Source of the DNA: Ramazzottius varieornatus
Taxonomy: Eukaryota > Animalia > Tardigrada
DNA length: 64,000 nt
Direction: 5' to 3'
Assembly (NCBI GenBank): GCA_001949185.1
Contig: BDGG01000007.1
Span: forward strand, 1,074,730 to 1,138,729
Shown here: positions 38,668 through 51,161 of the stretch, in pieces
Numbering within the stretch: position 1 is the stretch's first letter
How the letters are laid out: the number at the start of each line of letters is the position of its first letter
Notes under the pieces: model-generated
Told to the model about the DNA's origin: nothing
Database searches by the model: none
What the model saw: the letters and a program-made list of their open reading frames with translations, nothing else
Made by a program: the position numbers and the translations under genes

Positions 38668-41323
38668 CTATTGATGGGACAATGGCACTTTGGGGATTTC
38701 GGTGTAAGTATTCGAAACAGTAAAATTAAGTGACAGCGTAGTATCGCTGCTGTTGCCGACGTAGACCATAAAGCGACCAGCTTCCACCGTCCAGTGCCAG
38801 TTGATGTCCAGAAAGCCCAGTTCTTTCTTCCCCAAGACAAAATCCACCTGTTTCTTTTCACCGACCGCCAAATGGATCTTCTTGAAAACTTGCAAATGTC
38901 GCAAAGGTCGTGCCACGCTGGCCGCCACATCCCGAACGTACAACTGAACCACTTCGTCACCTTCTCTTTTACCGGTATTTTTCACATCAACACTGACTTT
39001 AATGGAATCCGCCGCCTGCAGACACGTTGCATTGCTGCGCAGATTGCTAAACTGGAATGTGGTGTAGCCGAGCCCAAAACCAAACGAGTACAAGGGTTCG
39101 TTGGGTGAGTCAATGTAGCGTGCGGTGTATTGCTGGCGTGCGTCGGGAAATGGCTGGGGCTTTCCAGGTTGCTTCCAGTCTTAGTGGATGGACACTTGAC
39201 CCACCGACCGTGGAAATGTCATGGGCAGTTTGCCACTGGGGTTGACATCGCCGAAGAGGACATCGGCTACAGCTGGTCCGCCCATGGTACCCGGCCGCCA
39301 CGTCACCAGAATGGCGGGAGCGATAGTGGCCAGTTCTTCGATTGTCAGTGGTCGACCGTTCATCAGCACCACAACGAATGGCTTGCGCGTACCCGCGATG
39401 GCTTTGACCAAAGCCATCTGTCGGCCTAACCGTAGAAATGAAATATCTCACTATTCGAAATAAAAGTTTTAGACAAGGGACTTTAATGTACCTGGTAGAC
39501 CAATGTCCACTTGTGAAGCTGTTTCTCCATTAAACTCTTTCGGTTCTCCCAGGACCAGTACCTCCATATTGGTAGCGGCTGCCACTTTGACTGCCTCCGC
39601 AAAGCAGGTAGTGGATTCACAGGTGAAATTACATCCTGGCGCATACTTTACGGCAGCAGAGCCTAGTCTGTTGATGATTGCTTCGAGCAACGTCACAGAA
39701 TCATCAGCACTGGCCTGTGCATTCCAGGAGCTCATAGTTTGTTCCTTGTCGTTGGCCAATGATCCAATAACCGCTACCCGCTTTACCCTCTTGCTGATTG
39801 GCAGTGTGTTCTTGTCGTTCTTCAGAAGTACGAATGTACCAGCTGCTAGTTTGCGGGCTGTTTGAAGATTATTCTGGTTGAGGACGATTTTGCTGGCTAG
39901 TCTCTCATCGGTGTACGGATTGTCGAATAACCCAAGACGAAACTTTGCCCGAAGAATGTGTCCGACTGCTGCGTCGACCGTATCCATTGTAACTTTCTTG
40001 TCCCTGATCAGCTGTGCGGTATTGTTGGCGTAACTTGCCGACACCATCTCCATGTCTATTCCGGCGTTGAGGGCGTGCATGGCAGCTTCAGCGTCGTCAG
40101 CCGAAAACTGCGGGTTGATCGAGTCGCTAATACTCATGAAGTCGCTGACGACCATTCCGTCGAAGCCCCATTCCTCTCGGAGGATTTTACGCAGCATCCA
40201 TTGGTTGCCGGATATGGGAACACCGTTGAGGTCCATGTAGGCTGTCATGACGGACCCGATTCCCGCCTCGATGGCGGCCTTGAAGGGCGGAAGGTAGACT
40301 TCGCGGAGTTGGCGTTCGCTCATGTCGACACTGGCATAGTCGCGACCCGCTTCGGCGGCACCATAACCGGCAAAGTGCTTGGCACAGGCCATTACTTTGT
40401 CCGGTCGGCTGTAGTCGTTTCCTGCGAACAAGTTCATGATGTTAACATGTATGAGATGTGAGAGCTCGGCAAACAAACTCGACCAGATTACTTTCCCCCA
40501 GTGACGCACGCTCCCGTTGTTATTGACCGATTGAACGCGCCACTTGAAGCGAAGATGTAGACTAGTTTGTTTTCCGAGCTCGGCACGTGTCGAGATCGGC
40601 ATACATACCCTGAATCCAAGGACACGAGCTTTGGCCATCTCGCTACCCAAAAACGCATCCTCCCCAGATCCTTCCATGACGCGACCCCATCGCGGATCTC
40701 TGGCCAAGTCCATTATGGGTGCAAAGGTCCAATGGATGCCACTGACGCGGGCTTCGGCTGCGGCAATGGAGTCTGCGAGCTTGGCGGCTTGGGGATCCCA
40801 ACTGGCTGCTTCGCCCAGTGGAATCTGGAACAGCGTTTTGTATCCATGAATAACATCGAAGCCGAAGAGTAGGGGAATCTGTTGTCGGGAAGACATGTTG
40901 TCGGGAAGACATGGCCGCCTTTTGTAACGTGTTCAGGTTCGCTGCTCCTCGCACGCCGAGAACTGAACCCAGTAGGCCTCTCTTTGCCAGGTCGAAGAGC
41001 CGGGGCGGGGCTGGAAGGTCCTGCCCGAGTACACCGATCAGTTGTTGCATTTGGCCCAGCTTTTCCTCCAGTAACATGTCTTTGATGAGGGCAGTTATTC
41101 TCTTTTCATTGTCGGACCCCTTTTTATACTTGGAGGATTATACGCTCGTGAAGCACAATGCAAGACGGCAAAGTATCCATACATTCAAGGAAACCTTAAA
41201 AGGTCACCATGGCCCAACTTACGCATTTTGTACGCCGTTGTCCGCATTTGTTAGTGAGATCAAAGATGGGTAAGCGGAAACAAAAGACACCAGAAGGCAA
41301 ATACTGGATACTCTGACGATCAT
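38668..41323 (-). pseudogene. GH3 beta-glucosidase, bacterial BglX-like, copy B (disrupted)
   Basis: Signal-peptide exon MIVRVSSICLLVSFVSA; LEEKLGQ, FDVIHG, ARDPRWGR, CAKHFAGY, MVVSDF, Fn3-like C-terminus; introns. A 16-bp duplication frameshift at 40880-40911 and a stop at 39181-39183. Confidence 0.9.
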
Positions 41324-42759
41324 TGCAGTAAATTTTCGGGCACCCAAAGGAAGTTTGTACCAACGCCAAACGAGAGATCAGTTCAAAATAAATAAGCAGG
41401 TTTCGTTCACGAAGTACCACAAGATGGTCTGATCCCTTACGTAGAGACTTCTGCAGAGATGCCGACGAATGACAAGCAAGAGGTTTGTTCTCAACCGGCA
41501 GGCTTTGTACCGAGTGGTTTGAACGTTCGCGCTCTTAACTTCCACGTTCTGCTGGATCACGGCACTTGCTCCTGGTTACGACAGTTCCAAGCGCCGTTAT
41601 TCAACCTTGAGTATTCGTGTCAGCCGGATATCGAATTTAGTATCCCGTTTCGACGATAAGTGTCTCTAAATCCCAAATAATTATCGGCTGTGGCCTGGAA
41701 ATTTGCCTTCTACAGTAATACTGTATCTGTGCCAAAGATCGAAATATCGGGTTTACGGCGTTCTACTTGTTCCGCTCACTACGTGGATGTGGGCTGTATC
41801 GCAAAGATTGTCTCATTAAGATAACGCAATCGGTACTGCTACAGCACTATATTGTATAAGGTTCGGCAGTAATCTTCTTGAACTCAAAAGTACGAAACCT
41901 GATGGTTATGAAGGAGAGCCCCCCAAAGCCGAATGAACTGGTTTTATCAACTTTTGGAACCAAGCAAGCAGTTAGGCAAACCTAATCATCAAACGCCCCT
42001 ATACATAAAAGTCATCATCATCGCCCTCATATTCTTTCAACTGGTAATTTATCGAACGAAAAATCCAACATACAATACACCAGGATCATTCAGGGCAAAG
42101 CGACAAGCGACACACTGTACATCAACCATTCATTCTGTCCGGTAACCGTACACTTGACTATCAAACAAAAGACTACTGCGTCCATTCGTAGCACATCGAT
42201 GACAACTTTACTCCATTTGAAGGTACTACAGAACAGTAGATGGCAAACTTTGCTTCCCATTGCCAGAATATCTCTGTAAGTACAGCCTGCCGTAACCGTA
42301 CGATAAGTCAAACGGCCAGTTGGATCTGGACACTACATGCGATTTTGTTTCTACCTGTGAGCTGTGATCATGACTTGTGCCTTGTCGTGCCTTGCAGTCA
42401 AAACTGTATGTTGAACGGTATGGGCTAGTGATGCAACAGGTGGATCGTTCTCTCCTTGATTGATTTACATGCTCCTTGCCAGTCCTAATTACTCGCGTCC
42501 CCCACGGGCCCGGCCATCGATGAATCTTTACAAAATGAGGTCTTTACAAATGGCCAATCCTGTTTTTCCTGTCACAGAAGAGAGTCGCAGACTAGAACCT
42601 GAGTGCAGAATTACGTTTCGACAGCCATAACACCGTAGCATTCAGTACGTAAATGTCAATGGATCTGGAAACAATTCCCAGCTTTTGAGTTTATTTTTAG
42701 GCCATTATATTGCTGTAAAACTACCAAACTAAGCTCGTAAAATCCGATTGCGAGGTAAC

Positions 42760-45432
42760 CTATTGGTACAAAGACTGGCTAGCTTTCGGTCTCTCAAAAT
42801 ACGTGTTCGTCACCGTGAGGTTCGCCGAAAGCGTCGTATCGCTGCTGTTCCCCACATAAATTATAAAGATCCCGCTTCCACCGTCCACTGCCAGTTTCCG
42901 TCCAAGAACCCAAGTTCCTTTTCGCCAAGCACAAAGTCTATCTGTTTCCCTTCCGCCACAGCCAAAAGCACTTTCCTGAAAGCTTTCAACTGTCGCACCG
43001 GTCGAGTCACGCTAGCCGCCACATCCCGAACGTACAACTGAACCACCTCGCTTCCTTCTCTCCGTCCCGCATTTTTCACATCCACGCTAACCTCAATGTT
43101 ACCAAAATGAATGCGACGTAGTCCGTCGCATTCATTTTGGTAACATTGAGTCGCAAACTTCTAAACTCGAACGTGGTATAGCTCATTCCAAACCCAAATG
43201 GATACAGTGGTTCATTCGGTGAATCGATGTAGTGTGACGTGAAGGCAGTGCGAACGCCCTTGACCGGTTGAGGCTTGCCAGGTTGTCGGTAATCGTAATG
43301 AATGGGTATTTGGCCAACCGACCGAGGAAATGTCATGGGTAGTTTGCCGCTAGGGTTGACATCACCGAAGAGGACATCGGCCACGGCAGGTCCACCCATG
43401 GTACCGGCTCTCCACGTCACAAGGATGGCGGGTGCGTTGGCTGCCAGCCATTCGATGGTTAATGGTCGACCAGTCATCAGCACGACGACGTACGGTTTAC
43501 CGGTGGCCGCGATGGCCTTCACCAAATCCAGTTGTCGACCTAAAAAGACCAACGTACGAAATAGTTAATAAGGATAAAAGGGAGCCCGTGTACCGGTAAG
43601 ACCAATGTCCACTCTTGAAGCCGTTTCACCAGAATATTCCTTCGGCTCCCCAACGACCAGAACGACCATGTCAGACTCTCGCGCAAGGTCTACGGCAGTC
43701 GTGAATCCTGAGGCCGATTCACAAAAGACATCACAGCCCGGAGCGAATTTAACAGAAGTCGGACCGATCTTGTCCACGATGCCTTGCAGGATCGTCACCG
43801 AGTCTTCGGCTTTTGCATTGGCCGACCAAAAGTCTAACGTCTGCGTTTGATTGGTCGCTAGCGACCCGATGACTGCCAGACGCTTGATGGATTTACTAAG
43901 CGGCAGGATATTATTCTCGTTCTTCAGAAGGACGAATGTACCAGCTGCGATTTTGCGAGCAATGGCGAGATGGTCTGCTGTGAGCACCGTATGGTTCGCC
44001 AAAGTCTCATCGGTGTACGGGTCATCAAATAATCCAAGCCGAAATTTAGCTCGGAGAACGTGTCGAACTGCATCGTCCACAGTCTTCATAACCACCTTGC
44101 CTTCTTTAAGCAGCTGTGGTGTATTGTTAAAGTAGATGGTGGAGACCATTTCCATGTCTACACCAGCATTGAGTGCATACATGGCGGCTTCGGCATCGTT
44201 CGCGGACAGTTGCTGGTTGGTCATGTCGCTGATGCTGAAGTAGTCGCTGACGACCATCCCATCGAAACCCCATTCGTGGCGGAGGACTTGCCGGAGCAAC
44301 CACTGGTTTGCAGAAGCCGGAATGCCGTTGAGGTCCATGTAGGCTGTCATGACGGACCCGATTCCCGCCTCGATGGCGGCCTTGAAGGGCGGAAGGTAGA
44401 CTTCGCGGAGTTGGCGTTCGCTCATGTCGACACTGGCATAGTCGCGACCCGCTTCGGCGGCACCATAACCGGCAAAGTGCTTGGCACAGGCCATTACTTT
44501 GTCCGGTCGGCTGTAGTCGTTTCCTGCGAACAAGTTCATGATGTTAACATGTATGAGATGTGAGAGCTCGGCAAACAAACTCGACCAGATTACTTTCCCC
44601 CAGTGACGCACGCTCCCGTTGTTATTGACCGATTGCACGCGCCACTTGAAGCGAAGATGTGGACTAGTTTGTTCGCCTAGCTCTCATACTTCTCGAGATG
44701 TCGAGATGTCCAGATTGGTATACAAACCCTGGAATCCGTGGACACGAGCTCTGGCCATTTCGCTACCCAAAACCGAATCTTCTCCGGCACCTTCCATAGC
44801 ACGTCCCCATCTTGGGTCTCTCGCAATATCCACCATTGGTCCGAAGGTCCAGCTGATGCCACTTGCCCTGGCTTCAGCTGCTGCGATGGACGCCGACAGT
44901 TCCACGGCGTCAAGGTCCCAGCTGGCTGCTCCAGCCAGCGGAATGGGGAACAAGGTACGATAACCATGGAGGACGTCGAACCCAAATATCAGCGGGATCT
45001 TCTGCCGGGAATATAAGGCTGCTCGTTGCAGTGCGTTGACTTTGTCTGCTCCCCGAATGTTGAACACCGAACCGATGAGTCCTCTCTTCGCGAGGTCGAA
45101 TAATACAGGTGTCGCTGGTAGATCTTCCCATGGATTGCCGGCTTGCTGTTGAAGCTGTCCCAGCTTTTCCTCCAGCGACATGTTAGCGATGAGAACAGTG
45201 ATTTTCTTTTCGATTTCAGCCGCATTATATCTGAAACCAGGAAAAATTCATCGTTTGGGTACAACGGTAAAATCTAGAGGGATGCAAATTATTCATGATT
45301 TCCATGGTAGAGAAGAAAAGAGGAGCAGGATAATGGGACCACGCACGAGCTCTTTCGGCTCGCTTCCACACCGAAAAACGCTAGAAGGATAACAGGGAGC
45401 AGAACAATGCCTTTCAAGGATAAGATTTCCAT
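42760..45432 (-). pseudogene. GH3 beta-glucosidase, bacterial BglX-like, copy A (catalytic domains open, C-terminal Fn3-like domain frameshifted)
   Basis: Signal-like MEILSLKGIVLLPVILLAFFG; MSLEEKLGQ, DIARDPRWGR, KHFAGYG, nucleophile motif VVSDY, NPSGKLPMTFPR. Two internal GT-AG introns at the same positions as copy B. A 20-bp insertion near 43100-43120 and a 1-bp deletion near 42866. Confidence 0.88.
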
Positions 45433-46305
45433 TTGCAAAGCAGATTTTGATAGTGTAAGATGACCACGGAGAAAGATTTCCCAGCCGGAATTTGGAATCT
45501 TCAAAGACGAGTTCTCGTTGATGAGAGCCTGATCGGTCAGTGGAACCCGTAGTTCTTTGGCCCGTTTGTTAATTTTCTAAGATATCGTACACCAAACGAT
45601 GCGGACACTTTCTGTTCTGAGCAGTTACACAAATAATCGACCACCGTACAAAAATAAAATAGACAGAAACCGTGAATTTAGCTGGTCCGCGCTGTCTGCG
45701 TGTTCTCGAGCTCTTGCACGAGTACCAGAGCCGCGCGAGCACGATGCAAATCAACCTTTTCTTGCATTCTTCTTGCGTTACAACTTTGGACCCTTTACGA
45801 CATCTCAACCGGTCGTAATTGTCCCAACCTTGACTTTTTCGTCTCGGCACAGAAAACACCACATAATCAATCTCATTGAGCGATGAGTATCATCAAGTCA
45901 TGTAAGTCTTAGTTTTACACTGTGCTGGGAAGGAACCTCGAGAAAGCCAAAATCGTATCGAGATGAAGCGATAAATGTTTACAATCTCCTCTGTCCGGCT
46001 GTTTACGACCCTCAGTTTAGCCCCAGAAAACTATCACCGTCTATCCAAGGACGTTGTATGATCCGGCGGACGAAGAAATATCGCTTGCGAATTCTTACTC
46101 GCGTAGAATCATCGCAAGCTCAACATAATGGAAGCATATGTATACTTCATTAACGTCCCAGATCCTAAAACATGGCAGCTTGGAATATTAATCATCAAAT
46201 GTCACACAGAAGGAGAATGAAATCATGAACAACAAACAGATAAAAAATCAATCATATAAAAAACACCCAGGAAACGTTCCCTGAAAGAAAATCCAAGTCG
46301 AAGCA

Positions 46306-48403
46306 TCAGAAAGTCTTCCGATGGACAACTCTTAACCCCTCGGCTTGATATTCCTTCTTTGAGATCCACATTCTGCGGAAGGTTTCTAGTGAGGCCAGGA
46401 TGGACCCGCCGATCCACGTGGAATAAAGGCGCTCTTGCGGCGCTGCGATCCGCACCTTGATGTCTTTTGGCGCCATCGTCTTCACTTCTTGTAACAAACG
46501 ATCACCGAAACCCCGAATCAGCGTCGAACCACCCGATAAAACGATGTTACTGTATAGCGTCTGAAAAAACCCCCCAATAAATTACAGCTCAATTAGCAGG
46601 ACGGCGAACAAACACGATCAAATCTTTTTCTAAAGTGGCGCATGTTATCACTGTTAACGGCTGCAAGCGTGTGCCACTTTGAAATCAGTCTGGTCCAGTT
46701 GTCAACCAACTTGATAAAGAAATTCAATCCTGAAATATTTGAGAAACCAAAACTTTGCGTTCTTTTGTTTTCAGCATTCGATAGTTTCCCCAGTTTTCTG
46801 CGGAGTCCTTATGACAAAGTAATCTGTCATATGTTTCGTTTTATTGTCATTTTCCATTTCCACATTGTCTCCTTTTTCCTATACTAAGTTTTTTGTGGTA
46901 TATTTCGACACAAACCTTGCGAAGATCCAGGTCGGATTTTCGAATGGCGTTATGGAGGACTTCGTGGATGCCCGGCCATTCGTGGCCGAACAGATGAGGC
47001 TGGAAAAGTAGTTCAGGTGTCCGGAAGCGGGCAGGACCAATGTCGATGATGGAGCCGTCGGGCAGCTGATACGAAGCTGTAGCTTCTTTCTCTTGTTGTT
47101 CCTCTTTGTCAGGGTTGAGCGCCAGATAGCACATGCGCTCTTTGATCTGACGAACAACTTCAAACTCCGGACTGGTGTGGAATGTGTGGCCTTCTTTCAT
47201 CAGAAGCCAACGCATCCACTCTGTCACATCACGACCACCAATGTCCGTTCTTTGTATGCTGTGAGGTATGGCGAAACCTGGAGCCAGCACGGGACTATTA
47301 CTAAGCTTATTTCGAAGTAGTCTGTTTTTGTACAAACGTACTTTAGCCAGATCGTTACATCAAACGGCGCACGCTACCAGCGATAAGGGCTTAAAGTGTG
47401 CGCCACTTGGAAACTCGACCGGTTCGTCTTCGCAAGTGGCGCACGTTTGCATTATTATTGGCTTGAAGCGCGCGCGCCACGGGTGAAAACGATCTGGATG
47501 AACTGGTTTCGCGGGAACCCATTTTCTTTGTTCTATCGCAAAAGGATTTCTGCTGCCTGCAGTAAGAAAAAGAACATGTTAGAAGGCTGAAAAATGGTCT
47601 AGTTTACCTTGGTAGATAGGTACGGCATGTGTGACGCCATCTCCGCAGTCCAGGACGAGACCGGTTGTTCTGCCGGTAGCGTACAGACTCAGCACGGCCT
47701 GCATGGAGAAAAAGGCTGCAGGGACGTTGAAGGTTTCGAACAGAACTTCCGCTGCCCGTTCCCTGTTCCTCCGAGGGTTGTTTGGAGGTTCTGTCAGGAG
47801 GACAGGATGGTCTTCCGGGTCGGTGTGAAGCTGATCGCGGGAGTAGAGGTACCGCCAGACTCGTTCCATATCGGCCCAATCAGTCACCTACAAAGAAAAA
47901 CTCACTAAGATCATTCATGGAAAAAATGTTCTCAAACATAGCAGAGGCATTCTTCTTCGTTGAAAAGTCACAAAAACGAAAAAAAGACCAAAGTAAAGCA
48001 CGTTTGAGAAGAATACAAGACTGGACCCCCTCTATAACGAAGGGCCCGAACGGCGCCATCGGAATTCAAGGCACGGAACTTTCGGCATAATCGAGGGGTT
48101 CAACATAAAAATTCTGGGATCAGATTTCAAATTCCGGTCGCTGTTATACTCTTCCAGATTACCTACCACGCCATGTTCCATAGGGTATCGGATACTGAGT
48201 AACCCACGGTGCTCTTCGGCGCGAGGTCCCATGAAAATGTCGCCTTCAAGAGCACCAGCCATCAAACGAACATATTTGGTCCGGCCGACAAAGTTGGGGA
48301 AATGAGCTTTGGGCACTTGGTCACCCGCAAATCCGGCCTTGATGAGGCCCGAGCCGTTGTCGATGACCACTGGAACGTTTGCGAGTACATCTCCGGCCTC
48401 CAT
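46306..48403 (-). CDS. ACTR1: Actin-related protein 1 (centractin, dynactin filament), 377 aa, 4 exons
   Basis: Exons 48403-48167, 47887-47608, 47277-46916, 46560-46306 total 1134 nt in frame. Arp1-specific [51 protein letters not shown]. Confidence 0.96.
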
Positions 48404-49214
48404 GTCGACGACAGTGGCTCAGGAAAGATGAACTATCTCGAAGAGTACAGTAAGCAGAAACCTGCAAGAATACCACATGGAACAGACGTTTGTCACGATC
48501 TGAACAGCCGCCTGCCTACCGTCCGGAGATCCTCTTCTTGTCCTCTATAGTCCGGCGCACAGGAAGCACTCCGTTCAGAAGCTCAGAGCCATTCACCAAA
48601 CGCCAAACATCTGGAAGAATCAGTGGTAGTTTGTCGGAAATGCGAAACAGACTGAATGAGCGAGCTTTGTCATAGTGGGTGAAATGAACACCGTAGGGCC
48701 TGCCATGCCGGCTCTAGAGGTTCACTGAACTACTGCGTTAGAGAGAAGAAACAGATATCTGACGTATCAGTGATGATTTGCTTTATTCAAACAGATAACT
48801 TTTTCTTCAAACAAATAACTTTTTTTTCGTTATCAGTAAACGTAATGGCTAACAGATCACTATTACGTCACGGTGCTCGTTCTGTAAGATTTTAAGTGGA
48901 CAAACCATGATCGCGGGATTCGTCAAGCTGACGTCACCATTGTTCACGAATCTGAGCTCAAAGATGCTCGAACTCCCGTTCGCGGAACGTTGATCGATTG
49001 TTGATCGGTTATCCAGAATCGTTCAACAATTGCTGAAGTAAGGGGGGGAGGGGGTTCCGAATCAGCCTTTTTGCGAAACAAGATTAAAACCTGTTTCCAG
49101 TTTGCATTTCTCATGGTCATCTGGAAAAAGTTCCGGTCTCCTCTTTTCCAGATCGAGTAACGCTGTATTCAGTAATATTCCTGTGTCTGTAAGGTTCGTG
49201 AGAACGGGCGGACG
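48404..49214. promoter_or_regulatory. Probable bidirectional promoter/5' UTR region between Arp1 and the TAF10-like gene
   Basis: Head-to-head starts 811 bp apart; palindromic CRE TGACGTCA at 48929-48936 plus nearby half-sites. Confidence 0.5.
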
Positions 49215-51161
49215 ATGACAGAACAGCAGGACATCGAGCCTGTCGAGGGAGATTTAATCGATGCCTTTCTCGCGGAGATGTCCAACACAGAGCAGCTGCC
49301 TGCTGACTCTGGCCTTCCTGCCCAGCCGAGTATCCCGAATTACCCCAACAACAATCTACTTTCAGAGAAGGAAGAGCTTCTTAATAACGCTCCCACGACG
49401 GACGATCGAAAATCTTTCGAACCATCAACGAACGCAACGGCGATACCTGCTTTGACGTCTCCTGAAAGCGACTCGAATTCCATGGACGATATAAATTTCT
49501 TCAGCAATGCTTCTATCAAGAAAAAGCTCGAGACACTCGCTGAAATACCCGTAAAACCTTTACCTGTCGATTCAAAGGCTGTGGAAGGCCTAGAAGCGAA
49601 AGAGAAGCCACCGGAAGTGGAATCCAGTCCGACTTCTCCAGATGGACCAATGCAAGCAATCAACGGACCGATCCCTGCTGTACTCTCCTCTCCACCAATG
49701 CACGAATTCTCGATCGAAGATCTACTCACTCAAGACACGATCTCTAACCCTACTGAAGCCCCGAAGCCCGAAGAAGACTTTTCCGGAATATTCAAGAGGC
49801 CATTCAGTCCTGGTCAAACACCACAATCGCCCAAAACATCGGAAGAAGAGGCTTCTGATGAAGACGATAGGATGGACGAAAGCGTTCCTTCTCTTCAAGA
49901 AGTTCCTGCTCAACGGCCTGCACAGAAGTGTTTCCTCAAGGTACAAAGAAAGCGAAGGCCGGAGACCGAAGCTAGTCATGTCCTGAACATAGTTCGGGCG
50001 TTGCAGAAACCAGGGAAGTTGGGGCTGCCTGATAGCGTTCTGGCGCATTACCTCAGCCAAGCTGGTATGGAGGTCGGTGATGCGAAGGTGGCCAGAATGC
50101 TGGGCGCTGCAGCGGAACACCACACAGCCTGTATCGTCCAGGATGCCTTCCAGATCTACGTCAACAACCATCTGCATGAGAAGAAACGTGGGAAGGAGGG
50201 AAAGGAGAAGGACGGCGGAAGTGGGAAAGGAGAGAAGGACAAGGCGGTGAAGACACCCAATAAGATTGGCCGACCTCCTAGCTCTTGTAAGATCCTTCTT
50301 CCACCATATTCATCTTGCTTATCCTTCCACTGGGTATGCGCGGTACTGTCAACATTAGTAAAGAGACGTGTGACCGAACGAATCCAGATAATCTCCTTTT
50401 GAATATCCCTTGTAAGGCCTTGTTGCCTTTATGAAATTCGAAATGAATATCCATTTCCGGTTGGCAAAACAGTACGTGTGACGCCAAGAGCCGAATTGTT
50501 AGAAGCCTACCGATGTGACGTAATACGAGCTCGTGATTTCTGCCTGTTTTCGCCAATTGTTTTCTTCGGTTGATCAACAAAGCATGCTTTTTAGTCCTTG
50601 ATTAACTTGTCGTCGTGGTTGACTCTTTCATAGTGTTTCATGACGGTTTAGGTGGTTTCATCGCGACTGGAGTGGGTTTGAATGGATTTCTTCTTGATTG
50701 CAGTTTCCGGGAAGTCGTTGGAGAAGAAGAAGAACAGTCCGAAGCTTCATCAAAGTAAAACGAAGAGCAAGAAGAAAGAGCTTTCCGACGGTGACTCCAG
50801 TGACGCTACCTCGATGGACGTGGATGGCGAAAAAGCCAGCTATGACTCTGACATTCCTGTCCGAGACACTATCGAAATTATTCCTCTGAACGAAAAGAGC
50901 GGCAAGTCGGTGGAAATCCTGCCCCTACTGTCTTCCGAACCTGACTCGATGGATGTCGATGGGGAGAGTGAGACGCGACCAAAGGAAATAAAAATCATCA
51001 GCTCGAATGTCCTCAGGGACGAACGTCTAATTAGAAAAGAAAGGAAAGAGAAAGTCGAGAAGGAGGCAGAACGAAAGAATGTCTTGACGTTAGATATTTT
51101 GGCACCGATACTGCGAGAACATGGTTATCAAGTTGGTTACCCGCCATATTTTGTAAATTAA
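49215..51161 (+). CDS. TAF10: Divergent TAF10-like (TFIID/SAGA histone-fold) protein, ~509 aa, 2 coding exons
   Basis: Exons 49215-50286 and 50704-51161 join in frame. LPDSVLAHYLSQAGMEVGDAKVARMLGAAAE..IVQDAFQ and VLTLDILAPILREHGYQVGYPPYF correspond to the two halves of the TAF10 fold. Confidence 0.75.

Noticed and set aside
39503-45016. Long plus-strand ORFs opposite the GH3 genes
   Set aside because: Antisense shadows of coding exons.
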